From: Acetobacteraceae bacterium
GTDB taxonomy: Bacteria > Pseudomonadota > Alphaproteobacteria > Acetobacterales > Acetobacteraceae
Assembly (NCBI GenBank): GCA_027311485.1
Contig: DAICYU010000001.1
Coordinates: forward strand, 1 to 38,369
Direction of reading: 5' to 3'
Length of the DNA: 38,369 nt
Made by a program: the position numbers and the translations under genes
Shown: one piece after another, positions 28,372 through 37,428 of the stretch
Layout: the number at the start of each line of letters is the position of its first letter
How positions within the stretch are numbered: the first letter of the stretch is position 1
The notes under the pieces: model-generated
Database searches by the model: none
The model's input: only the letters and a program-made list of their open reading frames with translations
Told to the model about the DNA's origin: nothing

Positions 28372-29447
28372 GCGGAAGTATTGGTAGCATCGGCTACGGC
28401 ATATTGCCGAGTCTGATCGCGAACGCGGGCACGGTGCATGCCCAGCTCAATACATTGACCGAGCAGATCAGCACCGGCCTGATCGCGCAGACCTACGCCG
28501 GCCTTGGTGCGGGGGCGAGCCTGTCGCTCAGCCTCGGGCCGCAGGTATCAACGCTGCAGACCTATGCGAACAACATCAATCAGGTGACCGGACAGATGCA
28601 GGTCGCACAGACGGCCTTGGGACAGATCCAGCAGATCGCCCAGACGTTTGTCGGTGACATGCCCAACCTGAATGGGCTGAACCCGTCCGAGGTGGACAGC
28701 ATCGCGTCGAACGCGCGCAGTGCTCTACAGCAGGTCACCAACCTGCTGGATACCCAGGATGCGGGCGTCTACGTGTTTGGTGGCCAGGATTCGGCCAACC
28801 CGCCGGTGCCCAATCCCGACCAGATCCTGTCGTCGGGCTTCTTCACCCAGATCAACAGCGCAGTTTCGGCGCTGTCCACCAACGGGGCGACTGCGACGGC
28901 CGCCGCAACCCAGGCGATTGCGCGTTCGAATGCAGCGGGCACATCGCCGTTTTCCGCCTATATGTCGCAGTCGGCCACCGCACTCGCGGCGCCGGTTGTG
29001 CAAGCCGGTCCGAACAGTTTCGTGTCGGTGGGCCTTTTCGCAAGCGCCAACACAGCCGCGGTTTCCGGCGGTTCCTCGACAACCGGGTCCTATATCCGCG
29101 ACCTGATGCGGTCGCTGGCCACGCTGGGGTCGCTCACCAGTTCCCAGGTCAATGATCCCAACTTCGCACCGTTGGTGCAGGACACCGCCAGCAGCCTGAA
29201 CAATGCCGTCAGCGCAATGGCGACCGATGCCGGAGTGCTGGGCGACCGGCAGGCGCAGTTGACAGGACAGCAGACACAACTGGGGGCGATGACCACCGCG
29301 CTGAGCGGGCAGGTTTCGACCGCGCAAAACGTCGATATGGCGACCGCAATATCCCAGCTGACCAGCGTGCAAGTACAATTGCAGGAATCGTATCGCCTGA
29401 TTGTAAATTCAGCGACGCTTTCGCTGGTGAATTATGTTCCGGCCTGA
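28368..29447 (+). CDS. flgL: Hook-associated protein FlgL (HAP3)
   Basis: EQISTG, YVFGG, NVDMATAISQL...QLQESY...LSLVNY; ATGA overlap with flgK. Confidence 0.85.
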   Translation: MSGSIGSIGYGILPSLIANAGTVHAQLNTLTEQISTGLIAQTYAGLGAGASLSLSLGPQVSTLQTYANNINQVTGQMQVAQTALGQIQQIAQTFVGDMPNLNGLNPSEVDSIASNARSALQQVTNLLDTQDAGVYVFGGQDSANPPVPNPDQILSSGFFTQINSAVSALSTNGATATAAATQAIARSNAAGTSPFSAYMSQSATALAAPVVQAGPNSFVSVGLFASANTAAVSGGSSTTGSYIRDLMRSLATLGSLTSSQVNDPNFAPLVQDTASSLNNAVSAMATDAGVLGDRQAQLTGQQTQLGAMTTALSGQVSTAQNVDMATAISQLTSVQVQLQESYRLIVNSATLSLVNYVPA

Positions 29448-29463
29448 AGAAAAGGCCGATTTG

Positions 29464-29495
29464 TTCATACGTTGTTAACCTTCTTTCGCCATGCT
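29464..29495 (+). promoter_or_regulatory. Putative CtrA-type promoter of the flagellin gene
   Basis: TTCA-N7-TTAAC (one mismatch to the CtrA box), then CATGCT 11 nt after the TTAA, the same spacing as at fliG. No GG-N10-GC was found in this intergenic region. Confidence 0.5.
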
Positions 29496-29551
29496 TTCCA
29501 CAAGCCCACAAAAGGCGGGCGGACGCTCTCAGACATACAGGGTAAGATACC

Positions 29552-30403
29552 GTGGCCGTAACTTCCATCAACACGAACACGGGCGCGATGATCGCGCTCC
29601 AGTCGCTTGAAACCACACAGCAACAGCTTGCTGTTACACAGAAGCAGATTTCCACTGGCTACCGCGTGGCCGATTCCACTGATGACGGCGCCGCCTACGC
29701 AATCGCGCAATCGGTCCGTTCCACCGTGGCGGCGCTGACCAGTGCGAACCAGCAGCTTGGCAATGTGCAGGGGCTGTTGTCCACGACGCAGTCTGGCCTG
29801 AACAACGTGTCCAACATGATGACCAGCATGCGCGACGTTCTCGTCAAGCTGGCTGACCAGAACGTGCAAGGCACCGACAGGACGAATTACGAACAGCAGT
29901 ATAAGTCGATGTTGACCAATCTGCGGACCTTCGTCGACGATGCGAACTATAACGGCAAGACGTTGATCGGCAACACGAAAACCAGCAACGGCACGTTCGG
30001 ACGCATTGCCGTTTCCCGGAATGAGGTCGGCGGGACCTATGGCATCGCGACATTCAGCGGTTCCGCCCTTTATGGATCGATCGCGTTCACGTCCACGCAG
30101 CTTTCGGGCGCCACCACCGTCGCAGCGCTGATCACCGCTTCGGGCACGTTCATCAACCAGCAGAATTCTGTTGGCAAAGAACTGAACACAATCGGCAGCT
30201 CGATCAACTACGTCAATAACCAGGTCACGTACAATAACGACAAGGTCAGTGCGCTGAATACCGGCCTTGGCGCATTGGTGGACGCGGACCTCGCACAGGA
30301 GTCGGCGAAGCTGACGGCCTTGCAGATACGCCAGCAGTTGGGCACCCAGGCGCTGTCGATGGCAAACCAGGCACCGCAGACACTGCTCAGCCTGTTCAAG
30401 TAA
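29552..30403 (+). CDS. Flagellin (short, alphaproteobacterial Flj type)
   Basis: SINTNTGAMIALQSL, ISTGYRV...DDGAAYAIAQ, LVDADLAQESAKLTALQIRQQLGTQALSMANQAPQTLLSLF. Confidence 0.97.
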   Translation: MAVTSINTNTGAMIALQSLETTQQQLAVTQKQISTGYRVADSTDDGAAYAIAQSVRSTVAALTSANQQLGNVQGLLSTTQSGLNNVSNMMTSMRDVLVKLADQNVQGTDRTNYEQQYKSMLTNLRTFVDDANYNGKTLIGNTKTSNGTFGRIAVSRNEVGGTYGIATFSGSALYGSIAFTSTQLSGATTVAALITASGTFINQQNSVGKELNTIGSSINYVNNQVTYNNDKVSALNTGLGALVDADLAQESAKLTALQIRQQLGTQALSMANQAPQTLLSLFK

Positions 30404-30415
30404 CCGATCGTATGC

Positions 30416-30439
30416 GGCGGGCCCAGCGCCGGGCCCGCC
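30416..30439 (+). terminator. GC hairpin after flagellin (leaky terminator or mRNA stabiliser)
   Basis: GGCGGGCCC-N6-GGGCCCGCC with no U-tract. Confidence 0.45.
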
Positions 30440-30497
30440 CATCTCCGCCGAAATCGCGGAATCCGGAAGCGTCGTGTCGCTCCTCAGAGGGGATCCT

Positions 30498-30962
30498 ATG
30501 TCCAATCTCGTGCTGGAGCTGCGCCAGGGCGAAGTCATGATCGTGAACGGCGCGCCGATCCGATTTCGCACCCGTTCTCGTATCGAACTGACAGCCAAGG
30601 CCCGCTTTCTTTTCGGCAGGCAGATCCTGGCCCCTGACCAGGTCGACAGCCCCGCTCGGCGTATCTACTTTGCTTTGCAATCGGCTTATATTGGGACCGA
30701 GTCGGAACGTGAGAACGGCATTGATGCCGCGCGATATTTCATTGCCGAATTTCAGCAGGCCACCACATCCGACCTTGTGCGGCAAATACTGGAACAGGCT
30801 CTGGTCGCGGCCGAGGCCGATGACTGTTACCAGGCGCTGAAACTTGTTCGTCGCGTCATCCAGCATGAAGATGCTGTAATCGGCAAAGACCAAAATGGCC
30901 AATCGCGAACAGAAAGTAACAACACCCATGTTGAATCCGAACCATGCCATTCAGGCCTATAA
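30498..30962 (+). CDS. flbT: Flagellin translational regulator FlbT
   Basis: LVLELRQGEVMIVNGA, SPARRIYFALQSAY, YQALKLVRRVI. ATG follows GAGGGG. Confidence 0.88.
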   Translation: MSNLVLELRQGEVMIVNGAPIRFRTRSRIELTAKARFLFGRQILAPDQVDSPARRIYFALQSAYIGTESERENGIDAARYFIAEFQQATTSDLVRQILEQALVAAEADDCYQALKLVRRVIQHEDAVIGKDQNGQSRTESNNTHVESEPCHSGL

Positions 30963-31278
30963 GGCCGCGTCCCGCTATCGCAGCCAGCGGGAGCAGGAAG
31001 CCGAGGTCTTCCGTCAGGTCAATGCCGTCCTGACTGCCGCGCGTGATGCGGCACCGATCCGCCAGGTCCGCGCATTGGCTGATAACCGGCGCCTCTGGAT
31101 CACCGTGGGCGACCTGATGCGTGATCCCGCCAATCAACTGCCGGATTCGCTGCGGGCTGCGATCGTGTCATTGGGCATGACGGTGCAGCGGGAGATGGAC
31201 AGGGATACGCCAGATTTCGGCTTCCTGATTTCCATCAACGAAGACATCGCCGCGGGGTTGTCAGCACCCCCCGCATAA
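30928..31278 (+). CDS. flaF: Flagellar biosynthesis regulator FlaF
   Basis: AIQAY...REQEAEVF, ALADNRRLW...DPANQLPDSLRAAIVSLG, LISINEDIAAGL. Start uncertain (30895 or 30928). Confidence 0.88.
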   Translation: MLNPNHAIQAYKAASRYRSQREQEAEVFRQVNAVLTAARDAAPIRQVRALADNRRLWITVGDLMRDPANQLPDSLRAAIVSLGMTVQREMDRDTPDFGFLISINEDIAAGLSAPPA

Positions 31279-31297
31279 TCCCGAGGAGCCGGTGAAA

Positions 31298-32149
31298 ATG
31301 AGCAATTCCCTCAGTTATCTGCCAGCATTGTATGCCGCCTCGTTCGGAGCCGGATCCTCCATCCTGAATACCATGTATGGCGGTGGCACATCGGTATCCG
31401 GCGGCACTGTGGATCCGGTTCAGGCGCTGCGCACGGCGCAGCAGTCCGAAACGCAGCAGGTCAAGGTCACCGCGGCGGACCCGATGGTCAAAAGCGCGAT
31501 CGGTGCCTTCACCACCGCAGTTCGATCGGCCACAAGCATCAAGCAGCTGCTGTCGAACCCCAACGTCATGAACGTGCTGCTGACCGCCAATGGCATGAAG
31601 GATCAGATTGGCTATACTGCGCTGGCCACGCAGGTGCTGATGTCCAACCTGTCCGATCCGAAATCCCTGGCCAACACATTGACCGATACGCGCTGGAAAA
31701 CACTGGCTCAGACCTACAACTTCAATACCAAAGGGCTGGCGGCCATTCAGAACCCGACTGTCATCGCAAGTGTCACGAACACCTATGCTCAGTCGGAATG
31801 GCAGTCCAACCAGGATACCGTCACGCCCGGGCTGTCCAATGCCCTTTACTTCCTGTCACATGCGTCCAGCGCGACGTCGGTCTACCAAATTCTCGGCGAC
31901 CCGACGTTGCGCACGGTGGTGACCACGGCTCTTGGGGTGCCGCAGCAGATCGCGTTCCAGGATCTTGGGGCACAGGCACAGGCCATCACCAGCCGGCTGA
32001 ACATCAGCCAGTTTCAGACCCCATCCTTCGTGCAGTCCTTCGCCCAGCGCTACCTGATCCAGAACAGCGCGAACAGCACGAACGTCTCCACCGGTGCACC
32101 GACGGATCTGACGACGCTCGCAATCCAGGCACAGGGCGTTGTGGCCTGA
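31298..32149 (+). CDS. DUF1217-family flagellar-associated protein
   Basis: LANTLTDTRWKTLA, GLSNALYF...SVYQILGDPTLRTVVTTALGVP resemble the DUF1217 repeat; GAGGAG RBS. Confidence 0.72.
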   Translation: MSNSLSYLPALYAASFGAGSSILNTMYGGGTSVSGGTVDPVQALRTAQQSETQQVKVTAADPMVKSAIGAFTTAVRSATSIKQLLSNPNVMNVLLTANGMKDQIGYTALATQVLMSNLSDPKSLANTLTDTRWKTLAQTYNFNTKGLAAIQNPTVIASVTNTYAQSEWQSNQDTVTPGLSNALYFLSHASSATSVYQILGDPTLRTVVTTALGVPQQIAFQDLGAQAQAITSRLNISQFQTPSFVQSFAQRYLIQNSANSTNVSTGAPTDLTTLAIQAQGVVA

Positions 32150-32183
32150 CCGCACCGCCCGCTGCGCACGAAAGGCACCTTCA

Positions 32184-33635
32184 ATGAACATGATTTCCCC
32201 GGTCCCGGATGCCGAGACGCTGTGCCGGCAGGCGACCGCGTTCCTTGATACCGGCCGGCCGGGAGCCGCGCGCCCGTTGCTCGCCGCCGCGCGCACCCTG
32301 GATGACACGATACCCACACTTGTCCTGGCCGAGGTGCGCCTCGCCCTGCTCGATGGCGCGTTGATCCAGGCGATCGAACAGCTCGACCGGGCGCTCATCA
32401 CCAATCCATCGCACGCCGGATTGCGCAAATGTCGCGCCGATGTCCGTTATGGAATCGGTGATTGGGAAGGGGCTGCCCGCGATGCCGCCGAGGCCGTCGT
32501 GGCCCAGCCGTCGGATGCCGACGCAAAGGCGCGCCTCGGCACCGCTCTGCTCGAACTCGGCTATATCAAGGAAGCCATCGCCTGTATGCAGGAGGCGCTT
32601 GCCGCGGCGCCGAACCTCGTGGGATGCCGGGAAGCGCTTGCCCGGGCGCTGGAGGCAGCGGGCGATATCGAAGCCGCAGATCGCGTGCTGACCGACGGTC
32701 TCGCGCGCGGGCCTGCCAACGTCACATTGTTCAACGCCGCAATCATGCTGAACCTGCGGCGCCGCGATTTCGTCCAAGCCGTGGCACAAGCGGAACAGGC
32801 GGTCCTGGCCGGCATCGCTGACGCGACGACGTTTGCATTGAGGGGCCACGCATCTTGTAGCCTCGGCCAGCATGATCAGGCGGTGCAGGCATATCAGGAA
32901 GCGCTGAAGCTGGCGCCCGAAGATCAGCACATCCGCCATCTCGCGGCAGCCCATGGCATGACGAGTGAGGGCAGACGCGCGCCGGCGGACTATGTGCGGC
33001 ATGCATTCGACGCCTACGCCGGCCGGTTCGATGCGCATCTGGCCTCATTGGGCTACGCGATCCCATCCCTTATTGCGGATGTCGTGGCACGGCATCCCAA
33101 GATCGCCGGCGGGAATGCCCTGGGCCCGGTCCTCGACCTGGGATGTGGCACCGGGCTGGTCGCCATGGCCCTCGGCGATCTGCCACTCGGCCCGTTCACC
33201 GGCATCGACCTGTCGCCAAACATGCTCGCCGAGGCGGAACGGAAGCGACTCTACGCGACGTTGCGGGAGGCGGACATTATTGAGGACCTGTCCACCCAAA
33301 GCAGCCAGTGGCCCCTGATCGTCGCCGCCGACGTGGTATGTTACTTTGGCGACTTGAAAGGCCTGATGCACGGCATCAGCCGGTGCCTGGCGCCGGAGGG
33401 ATGGTTCGTATTCTCAATCGAAACGTTGCTGCCCGACCGCGATGGCGTGCTGCCCGGAAACGGGGACTGGGCGTTGCTGCGGCAGGGCCGCTATGCCCAC
33501 ACGCACGACTATGTCTACGATTGTATCAGCGAGGCCGACCTGCGGATCGCGCAAAACGATCGCTGTGTTATCCGGCGGGAGGCTGGTGCCGACGTTCCCG
33601 GCCTGCTGCTGACCATTACGCCCGTCGCTGCATGA
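32184..33635 (+). CDS. TPR-repeat class I SAM-dependent methyltransferase (COG4976-like)
   Basis: N-terminal TPR-like helices, APADYVRHAFDAYAGRFDAHL, VLDLGCGTG, GIDLSPNML, IVAADVVCYFGDL, GRYAH. Confidence 0.85.
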   Translation: MNMISPVPDAETLCRQATAFLDTGRPGAARPLLAAARTLDDTIPTLVLAEVRLALLDGALIQAIEQLDRALITNPSHAGLRKCRADVRYGIGDWEGAARDAAEAVVAQPSDADAKARLGTALLELGYIKEAIACMQEALAAAPNLVGCREALARALEAAGDIEAADRVLTDGLARGPANVTLFNAAIMLNLRRRDFVQAVAQAEQAVLAGIADATTFALRGHASCSLGQHDQAVQAYQEALKLAPEDQHIRHLAAAHGMTSEGRRAPADYVRHAFDAYAGRFDAHLASLGYAIPSLIADVVARHPKIAGGNALGPVLDLGCGTGLVAMALGDLPLGPFTGIDLSPNMLAEAERKRLYATLREADIIEDLSTQSSQWPLIVAADVVCYFGDLKGLMHGISRCLAPEGWFVFSIETLLPDRDGVLPGNGDWALLRQGRYAHTHDYVYDCISEADLRIAQNDRCVIRREAGADVPGLLLTITPVAA

Positions 33636-35941
33636 CCGTCGCTGTGCTGTCACCGGACAACGACGCCATGCTGGTTCAGTCCCCGTCACCGTCCGTCCAC
33701 GGCCTGAACCTGCTGGCGGCAGGCTGCTTCCGGGAGGCCCTGGAACCGCTCCGGCTTGCGTTCAGGCTTGGCGATACAAATCCCGCGACACTGCTGAACT
33801 TGGCAATTGCCGAGGATCGGGCCGGCGACCGGCCCCATGCCCAGAACATCATGAACCAAGTGGCCGCCCGGTGGCCCGATTGGGACGAACCGGTCCTGCG
33901 CCTGGCCGAAAGCCTGCGCGCCGCGGGGGACCATGCGGCCGCGGAGCATGCCTATCGCCGTACGCTCAGCCTGAACCTGGCGCGGATTGAGGCGATGGTG
34001 GCGCTCGCCGGCCTGCTGCTGCTGCGCCGTCAGCCCGAATCCGCACGCGACCTGCTGCTGCGAGCCTGCGACCTGGCGCCGGACAATGCCGAGGCGTGGA
34101 ATACACTCGGGCTCTCATACCAGGCCACCGCTGTCGCGGACCTGGCGCTCGCGGCCTTCCGCAGCGCCCAGCGGCTGCAGCCTCATGACGTGAGCTACGC
34201 GGTAAACGGCGTTGATGCGGCCGTCCTGGCCGGGGAGGCCGAGGCCGAACTGGACCGGCTGGAACGCGCCTGCGAACGGGACGGGCTGAACCCTGCCCAT
34301 CATGCGGCGCGCGGCATGCTGCTGGACCGTATGGGACGCCGAGCGGATGCGATTGATGCGTTGGAGGTGGCCTGTGTGCTCGCACCCGATGCAATTGCGC
34401 CGATGCGCCTGCTGGCCGGCCTGCTCGCAAGGTCCAGCCGGGTCGCACGCGCGGAAACCGTTCTGCGCCGGGTTGCGGAAGCCTGTCCGGACAGTGCGCA
34501 GGCTAGCAACGATCATGCCGCCGCCCTGATGCGTATGCACCGGCATGCCGAAGGAAGGGCGATCCTGCAGGCGGCGCTGGACCGGCACGGGCCCGAGGCG
34601 TCGATGATGTGCAATCTCGCCAACGCAACCGTCTGTCTCGGGCTGCAGGCGGACGCTGTCTCTCTGGCTCGGCAGGTGATCGACCTACAGCCGGACGCCG
34701 TATTGCCGCGGCGCGCGCTGTGCAACACGCTGCCGTATCTGCATGGCACGTCGGGGCAGGAACTGCTGGCCGCAATGCGTGCGTGCTCCGCGGCGCTGCC
34801 ACGAACGCCGCAGCCGCCGTTGTGCAATGACCCGGACACGGACCGGCCGCTGATCGTCGGGTTGCTGTCCGGCACGCTTCGGTCGCATCCGGTCGGGTGG
34901 TTGACCGTGGCGGGCATCGAAAACCTGGACCGGGACTCGTTCGCCATCGTCTGCCTGGTGCAGAACGCCGCCCTGCATGATCCGATCGCACGTCGCTTCC
35001 ACGCGGCGGCCAGCACCTGGGTCGAGGTCGACGGCCTCAACGACGCGGCACTGATCGCCGCTGCGCGGGCGCACAAGATCGACGTCCTGATCGACCTGGG
35101 TGGGTATGGCGATGCGTCCCGGATGGCGGCCTGTGCCAACCGCCTGGCACCGGTGCAGATCAAATGGGTCGGGATGCAGGCGCACAGCTCCGGCCTGGCG
35201 GAGATGGACTGGTTTCTGACCGACCGGTGGGAAACACCGGCGGGCTTCGATGCACTGTACAGCGAGCGGCTTCTCCGCCTGCCGGACGGTTATGTCTGCT
35301 ACAGTCCGCCGCCCTATGCACCGGCGATCAAGCCGCTGCCAGCGCTGAAGAACGGCCACGTGACCTTCGGATGCTTCAACAATCTGGCGAAGATCACGCC
35401 GGAGCTGATCGGCACATGGGCAACCATCCTGCAGCGCATTCCGGATGCCCGCCTGATCCTGAAGACCCACCAACTCTCGGATTTCGCCACCGCCGACCGG
35501 TTTGTGTCGGTATTGGCTCAGCATGGCGTCGCCCGGGACCGGGTGGAAACCCGCGGCTCATCGGGCCATCGCGCCTTCATGGGCGAGTACAACGACATCG
35601 ACATCGTGCTGGACCCATTTCCCTATTCGGGCGGGCTGACCACGTGTGAGGCGCTGTGGATGGGTGTGCCGACCATCACCTGCCCGGGGGAGATTTTCGC
35701 CTCCCGCCATTCGGTCAGCCATCTGAGCAATGCCGGACTTGCGGACTGGGTCGCCGGATCGATGACGGAATACGTTGAAATGGCGGTCGCCCGGGCGGCC
35801 GACCTGCCCGCCCTTGCCGCATTGCGGGCCGACCTGCGGGCGCGGGTGCGGCTCAGCCCGTTATGCGATGCGCCGCGGTTCGGTGCGAACCTGGGTTCGG
35901 CGCTGCGGGGTGTGTGGCAGGATTGGTGCGGACGCCTATAG
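33632..35941 (+). CDS. TPR-repeat GT41 glycosyltransferase (SPINDLY/OGT-like)
   Basis: TPR array followed by HPVG, IDVLIDLGG, RLAPVQ, FGCFNNLAKI, DIVLDPFPYSGGLTTCEALWMGVP. ATG 33632 overlaps the methyltransferase TGA. Confidence 0.9.
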   Translation: MTVAVLSPDNDAMLVQSPSPSVHGLNLLAAGCFREALEPLRLAFRLGDTNPATLLNLAIAEDRAGDRPHAQNIMNQVAARWPDWDEPVLRLAESLRAAGDHAAAEHAYRRTLSLNLARIEAMVALAGLLLLRRQPESARDLLLRACDLAPDNAEAWNTLGLSYQATAVADLALAAFRSAQRLQPHDVSYAVNGVDAAVLAGEAEAELDRLERACERDGLNPAHHAARGMLLDRMGRRADAIDALEVACVLAPDAIAPMRLLAGLLARSSRVARAETVLRRVAEACPDSAQASNDHAAALMRMHRHAEGRAILQAALDRHGPEASMMCNLANATVCLGLQADAVSLARQVIDLQPDAVLPRRALCNTLPYLHGTSGQELLAAMRACSAALPRTPQPPLCNDPDTDRPLIVGLLSGTLRSHPVGWLTVAGIENLDRDSFAIVCLVQNAALHDPIARRFHAAASTWVEVDGLNDAALIAAARAHKIDVLIDLGGYGDASRMAACANRLAPVQIKWVGMQAHSSGLAEMDWFLTDRWETPAGFDALYSERLLRLPDGYVCYSPPPYAPAIKPLPALKNGHVTFGCFNNLAKITPELIGTWATILQRIPDARLILKTHQLSDFATADRFVSVLAQHGVARDRVETRGSSGHRAFMGEYNDIDIVLDPFPYSGGLTTCEALWMGVPTITCPGEIFASRHSVSHLSNAGLADWVAGSMTEYVEMAVARAADLPALAALRADLRARVRLSPLCDAPRFGANLGSALRGVWQDWCGRL

Positions 35942-36742
35942 CGCGAGTTCGACGCAAACCGGCACGTGGTCGGACCCGCGTGGCCAGTCACGGGCATCCC
36001 GCAGGATCGTCTGGCTTCTCAGCGTCGGCTTCAGGTCGGGTGTGACCCAGATATGGTCCAGCCGGCGGCCCCGGTCCGACGCGCGCCAGTCCCGGTTCCG
36101 GTATGACCACCAGGAATACAGCTTCTGCTCCGGCGGCACGAAGTGTCGCACGGCATCGATGAAGCCGGTGTTCATCCAGGCGTCCAGACCCTCGGTTTCC
36201 TGTGGCGTATGGCTGACCACGTCCAGCAACTGGCGATGGCTCCAGACGTCATTTTCCAGCGGCGCGATGTTCAGGTCACCCACCAGGACGGTGCGTTGCA
36301 GCCCGCTCCGGTCGGCGAACCACACGCGAGCCTCGGCGATAAAATCCAGTTTGTGGCCGTATTTCGGGTTCTGCATCCGGTCGGGCACGTCGCCGCCGGC
36401 CGGAACATAGAAATTGTGCAGCTCAAGCGCGCCGCTGGGGGTCTGCACCGCGGCGGCGACGTGCCGGCAGTCGCCCTTGCCGCACCAGTCCGGCGCCGCG
36501 TCGTGCACCTGCAGCGGCAGGCGCGAAAGGATGGCCACCCCGTTGTAGCCCTTCATGCCGCGGAACACGGTGTGCGGATAATTCAGTGGTTCCAGGTCCT
36601 GGGCGGGGAAAAGATCGTCCGGAACCTTGGTTTCCTGAAGACAGATAATGTCCGGCTGCAACGCCTCGATCAGCTTGTCGAGCAGGCCGAGGCGTAACCG
36701 CAATGAATTGATATTCCAGGTAGCAATCCGCAAGGATGGCAT
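35936..36742 (-). CDS. xth: Exodeoxyribonuclease III
   Basis: IATWNINS, DIICLQETK, GYNGVAILS, GDLNIAP, YSWWSYR, RLDHIW, SDHVPV. Confidence 0.95.
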   Translation of the reverse strand: MPSLRIATWNINSLRLRLGLLDKLIEALQPDIICLQETKVPDDLFPAQDLEPLNYPHTVFRGMKGYNGVAILSRLPLQVHDAAPDWCGKGDCRHVAAAVQTPSGALELHNFYVPAGGDVPDRMQNPKYGHKLDFIAEARVWFADRSGLQRTVLVGDLNIAPLENDVWSHRQLLDVVSHTPQETEGLDAWMNTGFIDAVRHFVPPEQKLYSWWSYRNRDWRASDRGRRLDHIWVTPDLKPTLRSQTILRDARDWPRGSDHVPVCVELAL

Positions 36743-37428
36743 CAGATGATGCGCGTCCTAACTGTGCCGACACCCTCGACAACACCTTCCAGGACGTCGC
36801 CGCGCTGCACGGCGGCCACGTTCTCCGGCGTGCCGGTGTATATCAGGTCGCCCGGCGCCAGCGTCACCAGCCCGGACAGGTAGGCGATGGTTTCCGACAC
36901 GTTCCAGATCATCTTCGACAGGTCGGAGGTCTGGCGGACCTGGCCGTTGACCTTCAGCTCGATCAAGCCCTTGGCGGGATGACCCACCTTCGACGCCGGC
37001 ACCATCAGGCCGATCGGCGCCGAGTGGTCGAAGCCCTTGCCCATGTCCCAGGGCTTGCCTTCCTTCTTGGCGGCGTTCTGCAGATCGCGCCGGGTCATGT
37101 CCAGGCCGGCGGCGTAGCCCCACACATGCGCCAGCGCGTCAGCCTCGGTAATATTGGCGCCGCCTTGGCCGATGGCCACGACCAGCTCCATCTCATGATG
37201 CAGCTGCGTACTCTTGGGCGGATATGGCATGTCGGCGTCGTTCAGCAGCAGGGCGTCGGCCGGCTTCATGAAGAAGAACGGCGGCTCCCGGTCCGGGTCG
37301 CTGCCCATTTCGCGTGCATGTTCTGCGTAGTTGCGGCCGACACAGAACACGCGGCGTACCGGGAAAGCGCCGCCGCCGGCGACCGGTACAGCCACAACGG
37401 GCGGCGGGGCAATGACGTAATCAGTCAT
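36742..37428 (-). CDS. Fumarylacetoacetate hydrolase family (fumarylpyruvate/acylpyruvase-like)
   Basis: RVFCVGRNYAEHAREMG, PFFFMKP, HHEMELVV, DMTRRDLQ, KGFDHSAP, GDLIYTGTP; TGATG coupling to xth. Confidence 0.92.
   Translation of the reverse strand: MTDYVIAPPPVVAVPVAGGGAFPVRRVFCVGRNYAEHAREMGSDPDREPPFFFMKPADALLLNDADMPYPPKSTQLHHEMELVVAIGQGGANITEADALAHVWGYAAGLDMTRRDLQNAAKKEGKPWDMGKGFDHSAPIGLMVPASKVGHPAKGLIELKVNGQVRQTSDLSKMIWNVSETIAYLSGLVTLAPGDLIYTGTPENVAAVQRGDVLEGVVEGVGTVRTRII

Noticed and set aside
29494-29502. DnaA-box-like CTTTCCACA upstream of flagellin
   Set aside because: A single one-mismatch 9-mer is expected by chance.
10039-35941. Mobile island, prophage or CRISPR array
   Set aside because: No integrase, transposase, tRNA, flanking direct repeats or repeat-spacer pattern was seen; base composition looks host-like by eye.
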